DNA from: Pirellulales bacterium
GTDB lineage: Bacteria > Planctomycetota > Planctomycetia > Pirellulales > UBA1268
NCBI GenBank assembly: GCA_040880915.1
Contig: JBBEEF010000041.1
Location: 1-42,120, forward strand
Direction: 5' to 3'
Length of the DNA stretch: 42,120 nucleotides
Part shown: one piece after another, positions 20,751-28,287 of the stretch
Numbering within the stretch: the first letter of the stretch is position 1
Layout: each line of letters starts with the position of its first letter
Made by a program: the position numbers and the translations under genes
Notes under the pieces: model-generated
Database searches by the model: none
Seen by the model: only the letters and a program-made list of their open reading frames with translations
Told to the model about the DNA's origin: nothing

Positions 20751-21523
20751 TTGGCACCGCTCTTCTTCTTGCTGGTCGGCACCGGACCGCCAACCCGCTT
20801 GAACTTGTTCGTTTTGCACACCGTGACGTACGAACCGTTCGGCCCTGGAACAGCACCCCGAACGAGCAGCAGATTGTGGTCCTTGTCGACGCGGACGAGT
20901 TTGATATTTCGCATCGTTGACCGCTCGTTGCCGAAGCGACCGGCCATCTTCTTGCCCTTGAACACACGGGCCGGCGACGTGTTCTGACCGGTACCACCCT
21001 GATGGCGATGCACCTTCTTGACTCCGTGGCTGGCACGCTGGCCCTTGAAGCCGTGACGCTTCATGACGCCCGCAGTGCCACGGCCCTTGGTCGTGCCCAC
21101 AACATCAACGAACTCGACTCCCTCGAAAACGTCGACGGTGAGCACCTGCCCTACCTCGACCCCCTCGTAGGCACCGCGGAGTTCGCGAACAAATCGCTGG
21201 GGCTCGCAGTCGGCCCTGGGCGGCGTCGCCATGCCCGCCTCAGCCCGCTTCTTGGCCCGGCGACCGTCGAGTTTGGCAACCTGGCCACGCACCGATCGGC
21301 TGGCGAGCCGGCGGGGCTTGTTTAAAAAGCCGATTTGCACCGCCGCGTAGCCGTCCCGCTCAGGCGTCCGCACGGACGTGACCGGGCAGGGGCCAGCCTC
21401 GATCACGGTGACAGGAACAACGACACCTGACTCGGTGTCGAAAATCTGCGTCATGCCGAGTTTGCGGCCCAGCAGACCTGGGCGACCTGGCTTATCGGCA
21501 GCGGGTTTCGAGGTGTTGGCCAT
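20747..21523 (-). CDS. rplC: 50S ribosomal protein L3
   Basis: ...GLLGRKLGMTQIFDTESGVVVPVTVIEAGPC... and GTTKGRGTAGVMKRHGFKG. Start is uncertain: ATG 21523 (used here) or GTG 21562. Confidence 0.9.
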   Translation of the reverse strand: MANTSKPAADKPGRPGLLGRKLGMTQIFDTESGVVVPVTVIEAGPCPVTSVRTPERDGYAAVQIGFLNKPRRLASRSVRGQVAKLDGRRAKKRAEAGMATPPRADCEPQRFVRELRGAYEGVEVGQVLTVDVFEGVEFVDVVGTTKGRGTAGVMKRHGFKGQRASHGVKKVHRHQGGTGQNTSPARVFKGKKMAGRFGNERSTMRNIKLVRVDKDHNLLLVRGAVPGPNGSYVTVCKTNKFKRVGGPVPTSKKKSGAK

Positions 21524-21777
21524 GATTGTCGTCGCGGTGATGCTCGTCGACACGATTCCCACACCCGGGGAGTGACCCCCGAGGCGATAACCGCCTTCAC
21601 GCTCGAAGCCGTTGGCTGCAGGAGCACCCGAACCTCATCCACCGCCTCGCGGCGGAAGAATCACCACCCCCTGCGGGGCGGAATCGGTCGGGCCTTACCC
21701 ACGACGCCTTCCAAGCATGCAGTTCGTCGAATCTCCCGTGTCCTGTTGATCCTGCTCTTTCAATCACCTCACCGCGG

Positions 21778-22107
21778 CTACGACCGCGAAGAGGCCTTAA
21801 TCTTGATGTCGACGCCGGCGGGCAGGCTCAGCTTATTGAGAGCCTCGATTGTTTTGGCAGTTGCCTGCACAATGTCAATGACCCGTTTGTGGGTCCGAAT
21901 TTCGTACTGCTGCCGGGCCTTCTTGTCGATGTGGGGCCCGGAAAGGACGGTATATCGCTCGATCCGCGTTGGCAGCGGGATCGGGCCATGCACCTCGGAA
22001 TTTGTCCGCTTGGCCGTATCGACGATTTCCGCCGCGCTCTGATCAAGCACGGTGTGGTCGTAGGCCTCCATGCGGATGCGGATAACTTCCTGGGTGGGAC
22101 CGGCCAC
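21778..22107 (-). CDS. rpsJ: 30S ribosomal protein S10
   Basis: ...[39 protein letters not shown]...HKRVIDI. GTG start with GGAG 8 nt upstream. Confidence 0.95.
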   Translation of the reverse strand: MAGPTQEVIRIRMEAYDHTVLDQSAAEIVDTAKRTNSEVHGPIPLPTRIERYTVLSGPHIDKKARQQYEIRTHKRVIDIVQATAKTIEALNKLSLPAGVDIKIKASSRS

Positions 22108-22291
22108 AATAAGACTCCGACGAAACTAGTTCTTGTGCGACATGGTGCGTGACAAAAATCACTCGGCGAACGACGAGCTGCTCGTGTTGCCAGCGACCGG
22201 CTGGTCATCCGACATAAGAAGCCTGCCTATCCACCTCCCGGCGACACCCCCCGCTCAAGGGAGCAGAAGCGTCGCAACAGGCGAGCTACGG

Positions 22292-22320
22292 AATGTACGG
22301 TGACCGCCGAGCGGTGTCAA
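22292..22320 (-). promoter_or_regulatory. Candidate sigma70-type promoter of the S10 operon
   Basis: The minus strand reads TTGACA (22320..22315), a 17-nt spacer, then TACATT (22297..22292). It lies 34 nt after the TolC-like stop and about 185 nt upstream of rpsJ. Confidence 0.45.
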
Positions 22321-22353
22321 TGACCCCGCTACGCAGATGGCTTGAGACCTGCG

Positions 22354-24021
22354 TCAGCGGCCGGCCCGACCCGGAACAGGCCGCGGCCCCACGGGCCCTT
22401 GAACGGGGGCCAACGGCACGACCTCCGGCAGAGCTACCCCGGGAACTCGGGCTCCGCCGCGGTCGCCGGTCTGGTCGAGCGATGTGTCGGCCGCCCGCAG
22501 ATCGGCGTCGGCCCGCCAGTATTCCTGGCGGGCGGCGATCTCGAGAAGATCAGCGTCAAACTTGGCCTCCTCGCGGAGCGTGACGCGGAGGATATCACTG
22601 CGGCCCAGCCGGAACTGCTCCCGCTCGGCCTCCGCCACGAGCGTTGCCAGCTCCTCCTGCTGCACGGCCTGCTTGTGGAACTCGTAGGCCCGCTCGAGTT
22701 TCGAGTAGGCATCCTGGACCTCGGCCCGCACGCTGTCGAAGGTGAACTCGAGCCGCCGGTCGAGTTGCACGAGCTGGGAATCGACCACTTGCATCCGGCC
22801 GCGAGCATCACGCCGCTGGGCCGGCATCTGGAACACGAGGGCCGCCTGCAACACCTGCCGATCGAGGCCGTCGTTGCCCGACAGCCCGCTCTTGCCAAAG
22901 CCGGCATCCTGGTTGCCGAACACCTGGGCGTCGATCCCCGGCAGCGTCTGGTTGACGGCGAGCCTGCGCTCCACGAACAGCTTCTCCCGTTCGAGCGACA
23001 ACCGTTGGAACTCCGGCCGGGCGCCGAGCGCTCGAGCAAGCGCCGCTTCGTAGAAGCTTATCGAGAGGGGCACCGGTTCGGGGAGGGGCTGCATCCGCCG
23101 GCGGGCCGGCAGAAGCGGCTTGCCCGCCGCATCCCGCAGAAACAGCGACAGGTCGATCGTGGACTGCTGCACGGCCCGGTCAGCCCGCACCAGCAGGCCG
23201 CGGCGCAGCGCGATGTTTTTCTGGTTGTCGACCCGCTCGATGTTGGCCATCACGCCCCGGTCCACCTTGGTGGCGATCTCGCTGTCGCGGCGGACGGCCA
23301 GTTGCTCGAGCCGTTCGGCTGCCCCCTCCCGCTCGCCGCTGCCACTCCACAACCAATAGGTCAGGGCCGCTGCCCGCATGAAATCAAGCCGGGTCCTCAC
23401 GATCGTCGGTTCGGCGATCGCCCGATCGAGGCGGGCCTTGTCGCGTCCGGCTCGGGGCCCGTCGATGTCCCGATCGCGGGCCAGGGGCATCGTGATGCCA
23501 CCGCGAAACTCGCCGACGTCGGCCGTCTTCTGACTGAGATTGTAGGTGGGGAAGTCGCCGAACCCGGTCCGATAGCCGCCGAAAACCTGGACGCCCCCGC
23601 TCTGGAGCAGCTGCGAGAGGCCGAAGTTGGAGCGGTAGTTCTCGTAGGTGCCGGGCGCGAGGGCATTGCCCGACATGTCGATATTGGTATCGAAGGCGCC
23701 CATGGCGGCTGTGAGTCGGCCGGCGGTCACTCCCCGCTCCCGCTCGATCGCCTGGAGCAGCGGATAGTGCTGGCGAACGCTGTCGAGCACCTCGCCCAGC
23801 GTGAGCGGCTCGGGGCGGTCGTCGATCGCCAGGCTGCCCGGCAGCTGGGCCACGGCCGGCGGCTCGAGCAGGGGCGCTCCTGGGGCCGAGGGGGGAATCG
23901 GGGCTGCACCCTGCAGCCCGACCGGGCCCGGCAGATCAGCCGGGGCTGGCAGGGGCTCGGCGGCCCGCACCGTCATGGTGAGGCCGACCGCACAGGCGGT
24001 GAGCAAACGGACGAGCGGCAT
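22354..24021 (-). CDS. TolC-like outer membrane efflux protein
   Basis: Signal peptide MPLVRLLTACAVGLTMTVRAAEP. Two coiled-coil/beta repeat halves with a TolC-family feel (LTLGEVLDSVRQHYPLLQA..., ...LRAADTSL). ATG 24021 has GAGG 6 nt upstream and lies 8 nt after the HlyD stop. The upstream part of ORF 22354..24480 overlaps the HlyD gene and is rejected. Confidence 0.8.
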   Translation of the reverse strand: MPLVRLLTACAVGLTMTVRAAEPLPAPADLPGPVGLQGAAPIPPSAPGAPLLEPPAVAQLPGSLAIDDRPEPLTLGEVLDSVRQHYPLLQAIERERGVTAGRLTAAMGAFDTNIDMSGNALAPGTYENYRSNFGLSQLLQSGGVQVFGGYRTGFGDFPTYNLSQKTADVGEFRGGITMPLARDRDIDGPRAGRDKARLDRAIAEPTIVRTRLDFMRAAALTYWLWSGSGEREGAAERLEQLAVRRDSEIATKVDRGVMANIERVDNQKNIALRRGLLVRADRAVQQSTIDLSLFLRDAAGKPLLPARRRMQPLPEPVPLSISFYEAALARALGARPEFQRLSLEREKLFVERRLAVNQTLPGIDAQVFGNQDAGFGKSGLSGNDGLDRQVLQAALVFQMPAQRRDARGRMQVVDSQLVQLDRRLEFTFDSVRAEVQDAYSKLERAYEFHKQAVQQEELATLVAEAEREQFRLGRSDILRVTLREEAKFDADLLEIAARQEYWRADADLRAADTSLDQTGDRGGARVPGVALPEVVPLAPVQGPVGPRPVPGRAGR

Positions 24022-24029
24022 GACGGACC

Positions 24030-25424
24030 TCACCCAACCTTGATCTTGGGGGGCTTGGGCGGTTCGTCTGTCGCCTTCGGGACCGGCGCGAGCACGGGCG
24101 GGAAGCCATTGAGCCGCCGCCAGATCTCGAAGCCCAGCGGCACCCGGTTGAGGAACACCCAGCCGACCACCTGATTGCCCTGCCGGAGAAACTCCGAATC
24201 GGGCCACTGGTCGCCCAGCATGACCCGCTCGGGCTCGACGAGGATCCGGCATTGGCCTGCCCTGCCGCTGGCCGCGTCGATCTGCCGAATCTTGCCGCCA
24301 AAGGTGCCGATCGCCAGCTCCGGCCAGCCTGAGAACTGGACCGCCGGCCAGCCCTCGAACTGCAGCCTCACATGGGGCATGGCCCCTTGGCGGTCGGCGT
24401 AGGCCAGCACGATCGGCGCATCGACACCGTCGAGAAAAAGTTCCGCCACGCGGTCGCTGGTGTCGGGCACGATCGTGCACAGCTCATCGCCTTCCGTCAC
24501 GTACTGACCGCCCTGGATCAGGTTGGCCGACACCCGGAACACGACCCCGGCGCAGGGAGCCAGCACCCGGCGGGCCTTGAACCGCTCGATCCGGTTGTCG
24601 ATTTCCTGGATCTCCCGCTCGATCGAGAACAGGTTTTGCTCGGCCTTGCGGAGATTGCTTCGGGCCACGGCGATGGCCGACAGGCCCGTGGCGTCGGCCT
24701 GCACAAGCATGGCCTCTTGGGTGAGCAGAGCCGCGCGGGCGCGGGCAATCTCGGCGTCGGCCTTGTCGGTGTCGGTGAGGGCCCGATCGGCCCGCATCCG
24801 GGCCTCGTCGCGATTGAGCTTGCTTTCCAACCCACCAAACCGCGGGTTGGTAAACAGGTCATCGAACATCTCGTAGCGGCTGAGTTCGAAGTCGCGGGCG
24901 AAGGTCGCGTTGGCCTTGACCTGCTGCGTAACGGTGATGGCCTGCTGTGCCGCTTCACGATTCGCCTCCGCGGCCCTCATTGCCGCTTCCCGGGCCGCCT
25001 CCTGGGCCTTGGCAGCCGCGGCCAGTTCGGTCAGCTCCTGACGGGCGGCCGAGATCCGGCTGGTCAGAAACTCCCGCTGGGCCTCGAGCCGGGCGGCCAA
25101 CTCAGGATCGGCATCTTCAATATCGACGAGCGGATCGTTCAGCTTGACCCGGCTTCCCTCGACCACGTGCCAGGTCTGCACCTGGCCCGACACTCGGGCC
25201 GTGATCACCTGCATTCGCTCCACGGGCGAGTAGGCGACGATCGTACCCCGGCACATGACGGTCTGCTGCCAAGGGGCGAGGGCTAGGGCAAACGGGATAG
25301 CCAGGAAGACGACGAAGATCAGGCGAGCCAACCAGCTGATGGCCCGCGGCGTGAGCGTGTGCGCCAGCGAGATCCGCGTCGTGGCGTCACGTTCGGGGGG
25401 AATCGGCTTCGATGTGGCGGTCAT
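24030..25424 (-). CDS. HlyD-family periplasmic adaptor (membrane fusion protein)
   Basis: N-terminal TM WLARLIFVVFLAIPFALALAP. A lipoyl-like VSGQVQTWHVVEGSRVKLNDPLVDIE. A long Ala/Glu/Arg coiled coil. C-terminal beta-barrel region. ATG 25424 has GAGGGG upstream; GTG 25448 is an alternative. Confidence 0.8.
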   Translation of the reverse strand: MTATSKPIPPERDATTRISLAHTLTPRAISWLARLIFVVFLAIPFALALAPWQQTVMCRGTIVAYSPVERMQVITARVSGQVQTWHVVEGSRVKLNDPLVDIEDADPELAARLEAQREFLTSRISAARQELTELAAAAKAQEAAREAAMRAAEANREAAQQAITVTQQVKANATFARDFELSRYEMFDDLFTNPRFGGLESKLNRDEARMRADRALTDTDKADAEIARARAALLTQEAMLVQADATGLSAIAVARSNLRKAEQNLFSIEREIQEIDNRIERFKARRVLAPCAGVVFRVSANLIQGGQYVTEGDELCTIVPDTSDRVAELFLDGVDAPIVLAYADRQGAMPHVRLQFEGWPAVQFSGWPELAIGTFGGKIRQIDAASGRAGQCRILVEPERVMLGDQWPDSEFLRQGNQVVGWVFLNRVPLGFEIWRRLNGFPPVLAPVPKATDEPPKPPKIKVG

Positions 25425-25438
25425 GACCAGGCCCCTCG

Positions 25439-27133
25439 TCACGTCCACTCGATCACACGGTCGCAGCGGCTGCGGATGTCATCCCGGACGGTGGCGATGA
25501 CGAGCGTCCACCCGGCCGTGCGATCGAAGAGTTTGTCGAGTAGTTCGGGACAGTTTGAAAGGTCGAGGCTGTCGAGCGTGCCATCGAGCACAAGCAACCG
25601 CGGCCGGCCGACAACCGCCCGCGCGATCGCCAATCGGCTGAGCTCGTTGTTCGAGAGTGGTCGACCGTCGGGGGTCAGTTCGGTCTCGAGGGCGTCTGGC
25701 AGCCGGGCCAGCCGGTCGGAGAGCCCGACCCAGTCGAGCACCTGCCGCACCCGGGCGGCGGTGACCTCGCCGCGGCCCAGCCGGATGTTGTCCGCCACGG
25801 TGCCGGCGAACACCTCGGGCCGGCCCACGAAGGCGATCTGCTGCCGCGTGGCTGGGCGGTCGAGTCCGCGGACATCGATCCCGTCGAGTTCGACCACGCC
25901 CTGACGGGGCACACGCAAAAGTGCGAGCGTCTCGAGCAGCGGCGTCTTGCCGGTCAATCCGACGATGGCCACCCGCTCACCGGGATTGAGCTCAATCCGC
26001 TGCGGGTCGCCGCTGAAGCCGGGCAGTTCCGCCATGACGGCCAGCGGTCCGCCGTCACGCGCGAGAAATTCACCCTCGGCGGGCTCCGGCGGGAGGCGGT
26101 CGAGCACCCCCAGCTTGTCGAGCGTGGCCTGAAGGTCGTAGAAGATCTCAACGTACTTGCCGATCTTCGACAGGGACGCCAGCACGAGGGTCACAATCAA
26201 CTCGCTGGCCACGAGCTGTCCCAGCGTGAGTTGCCGGTTGATCACCAGCCAGCCGCCCAGGCCGAGCAGCACGGTGGCCCCCACCACCTCGAGCGTGAAG
26301 GCGAAAATGGTCTGCCGCCAGATAACGGCGAAGTGCCGCTTGCGGGCGGACACGTACTGGTCGGAAAGGAGGTCGGCCCGCTCGATCGCGAGCGCCGCTC
26401 CGCCGCCACTGCGAAACGTGTGCGGGCAACGGGCCACCTCCTCCAGCCAGGCGGCCACGTCGAACTTCGCATAACTCTCGGCCACGCTTGTTCGCACGCC
26501 CCCGATCCCGAGTCCGAGCAGCATGAACACGACCAGCACAGCGAGCACGATCGCGAACGTGAGCAAGAAGGGGTGATAGGACGCGAGCACGACCAGGCCG
26601 ACGAGCGTCATCATGATGATGCCGACTCCCTCCACGAGCAGCGTCGCGATCGACTTCTGACCCGAGGAAACCTCGAAGAACCGGTTCACGATGTCGGCCC
26701 GGTTGGTCCCGTCGAAGGAGGCGATGCTGGTGCGGGCCAAACGATCGGCGAACCCGAGCGCCGTGCGGACAAACAGCCGCCGCTGCAGGCACTCGGCCAC
26801 GTAGGTCTGCATCGCCCGCAGCACGGCCGCCACAAACAACAGCGTGAACATCACCGCCGCCAGCACGAAAACCGGCCAGAGCAGGATCCCGAAAGCCACG
26901 GTATTAACAAGCGCCTCGATGGCCGCCGGCGCGACCAGCGACAAGAGGCCGACGCCCAGGGCGAAGGCCAGGAGCGTGTACACGTCCGCCCACTCCAGCC
27001 GCATCAGATCGATGAGCCGTTGGCCGGGGCTCTTGCCATGCGCATGGCCAGCGGCATGGCCAGCGGCATGGCCAGCGGCATGGCCAGCGGCCGACGAGTC
27101 GTGGTGCGACGGTTGAGAGACGGCGGTCACCAT
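25439..27133 (-). CDS. ABC half-transporter (type I exporter fold, six TM segments plus C-terminal NBD) with degenerate ATPase motifs and a His-rich N-terminal tail
   Basis: The TMD has six hydrophobic segments, beginning LLAFALGVGLLSLVAPAAIEALVNTV. The NBD-like region is recognisable but reads VAIVGLTGKTPLL, LSNNE, LLVLDG and VIATVRDD at the Walker A, signature, Walker B and H-loop positions. Start is uncertain: ATG 27133 (used here) or TTG 27271. Confidence 0.75.
   Translation of the reverse strand: MVTAVSQPSHHDSSAAGHAAGHAAGHAAGHAHGKSPGQRLIDLMRLEWADVYTLLAFALGVGLLSLVAPAAIEALVNTVAFGILLWPVFVLAAVMFTLLFVAAVLRAMQTYVAECLQRRLFVRTALGFADRLARTSIASFDGTNRADIVNRFFEVSSGQKSIATLLVEGVGIIMMTLVGLVVLASYHPFLLTFAIVLAVLVVFMLLGLGIGGVRTSVAESYAKFDVAAWLEEVARCPHTFRSGGGAALAIERADLLSDQYVSARKRHFAVIWRQTIFAFTLEVVGATVLLGLGGWLVINRQLTLGQLVASELIVTLVLASLSKIGKYVEIFYDLQATLDKLGVLDRLPPEPAEGEFLARDGGPLAVMAELPGFSGDPQRIELNPGERVAIVGLTGKTPLLETLALLRVPRQGVVELDGIDVRGLDRPATRQQIAFVGRPEVFAGTVADNIRLGRGEVTAARVRQVLDWVGLSDRLARLPDALETELTPDGRPLSNNELSRLAIARAVVGRPRLLVLDGTLDSLDLSNCPELLDKLFDRTAGWTLVIATVRDDIRSRCDRVIEWT
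27042..27089. repeat. Perfect 12-bp tandem repeat x4 (gcatggccagcg), in frame, encoding (HAAG)4 in the ABC protein tail
   Basis: Four identical consecutive 12-mers read directly from the sequence. The translated tract is AAGHAAGHAAGHAAGHAHG. Confidence 0.95.
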
Positions 27134-27276
27134 GCGGCGAGTTTTGGGGGCGTCGTGCGGGCGGTGTGTTTCAGGCTCCAGAGCATGGGACGCGACTCCT
27201 GGGGAATGGGCGGCTGAACCCTCCCAACCGCTGTTATCGTAATAAATAGGCCCCCGCGATGACTTCGACAAATGAG

Positions 27277-27292
27277 ATTGTTTCGATACAAT
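27277..27292. promoter_or_regulatory. Candidate LysR-type operator (imperfect dyad ATTGT-N6-ACAAT, fits T-N11-A)
   Basis: ATTGTTTCGATACAAT lies in the divergent region between the ABC gene and the LysR gene, 31 nt upstream of the LysR ATG. Confidence 0.3.
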
Positions 27293-27322
27293 TCATCGGA
27301 AAAAGCGATGGATTTCTAGCCC

Positions 27323-28225
27323 ATGCACTGGCTCAACTACCACCACCTCCTCTACTTCTGGACCGCCGCCCGCGAGGGAAGCATCGCGAAGGCCTGCCAA
27401 CGGCTTCACCTCACGCAGCCCACCGTGAGCGGCCAGATCAAGTCGCTCGAGCGGGCCTTCAAGGCGAAGCTCTTCCAGCGGGCGGGCCGCTCGATCGCCC
27501 TCACCGAGACCGGCCGGCTCGTCTACCGCTACGCCGACGAAATCTTCGCCATCGGCCGGGAGCTCCAGGATGCGGTCGCCGGCCGGGCCACGGGCCGCGG
27601 CCTGCGGCTCGTGGTGGGCGTGGCCGACACGTTGCCCAAGCTCATCGTTCACCGGCTGCTCCAGCCGGCGCTCGACCTTGAAGAGCCAGTCGAGCTGACA
27701 TGCATCGACGGCGACCCCGACCGGCTGCTGGCCCAGCTGGCACTCCACGAACTCGACCTGGTTGTCAGCGACTACCCCGCCAACCCCCGGCTGGGCATCA
27801 AGGTCTTCAACCACCTCCTCGGCGACTGCGGGATCACGTTCTTCGCGACCGCGCCGCTCGCCCGCCAGTATCGCCGCGGCTTTCCCGGGTCATTGGCCGG
27901 CGCCCCGCTGCTCCTGCCCGCAGGGAACGCCGCTCTGCGGCGTTCCCTGGATCAATGGTTTGACGAACTGGGGATCCGGCCGGCGGTTCGCGGGGAGTTT
28001 TCCGATAGCGCGCTGCTCAAGGCGTTTGGCGGCCGCGGTGAGGGGCTGTTTGTGGCCCCGACGGCCGTCGAGAACGAGGTTCGCCGGATGTATGGCGTGG
28101 GGATCGTGGGCCGGGAGGAGCGGGTCCGCGAGCGGTTTTACGCGATCTCGGCCGAGAAGCGGCTCGCCCACCCAGCGGTGCTGGCGATCACCCAGGCCGC
28201 GCGGACAAGCCTCGCCCGCGGGTGA
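27323..28225 (+). CDS. LysR-family transcriptional regulator, NhaR-like
   Basis: MHWLNYHHLLYFWTAAREGSIAKACQRLHLTQPTVSGQIKSLERAFKAKLFQRAGR...LVYRYADEIF...GVADTLPK...LLKAFG...FVAP...HPAV follows the conserved blocks of the NhaR subgroup as I remember them. Confidence 0.85.
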   Translation: MHWLNYHHLLYFWTAAREGSIAKACQRLHLTQPTVSGQIKSLERAFKAKLFQRAGRSIALTETGRLVYRYADEIFAIGRELQDAVAGRATGRGLRLVVGVADTLPKLIVHRLLQPALDLEEPVELTCIDGDPDRLLAQLALHELDLVVSDYPANPRLGIKVFNHLLGDCGITFFATAPLARQYRRGFPGSLAGAPLLLPAGNAALRRSLDQWFDELGIRPAVRGEFSDSALLKAFGGRGEGLFVAPTAVENEVRRMYGVGIVGREERVRERFYAISAEKRLAHPAVLAITQAARTSLARG

Positions 28226-28228
28226 GCG

Positions 28229-28267
28229 GGCCGTCCGGGCTAAGGCTTGCCAGTCGGGCGGACGGCC
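28229..28267. terminator. Possible bidirectional hairpin between the convergent LysR and EF-G genes
   Basis: GGCCGTCCG (28229..28237) pairs with CGGACGGCC (28259..28267), a 9-bp stem. The loop is long (21 nt) and there is no clear T-tract, so support is weak. Confidence 0.25.
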
Positions 28268-28287
28268 TTGCGATCGCGAATCAGGGC

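Noticed and set aside
22342-24174. 610-aa plus-strand ORF, the longest of many very long ORFs antisense to confident genes. Others include 30781..32385, 1663..2892, 2769..3908, 10764..11930, 26231..27217, 28507..29577, 17351..18340, 18664..19710 and 19863..20987.
   Set aside because: These are shadow ORFs typical of high-GC DNA. They lie exactly opposite genes with clear family motifs. Their translations are dominated by R, G, P, H and A with low complexity and no recognisable domains.
25439-27271. Interpreting the degenerate ABC gene as an outright pseudogene.
   Set aside because: The reading frame is uninterrupted for more than 560 codons, the six TM segments and overall NBD scaffold are preserved, and the gene is tightly coupled to intact partner genes. 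I therefore keep it as a CDS and flag the motif loss as a finding.
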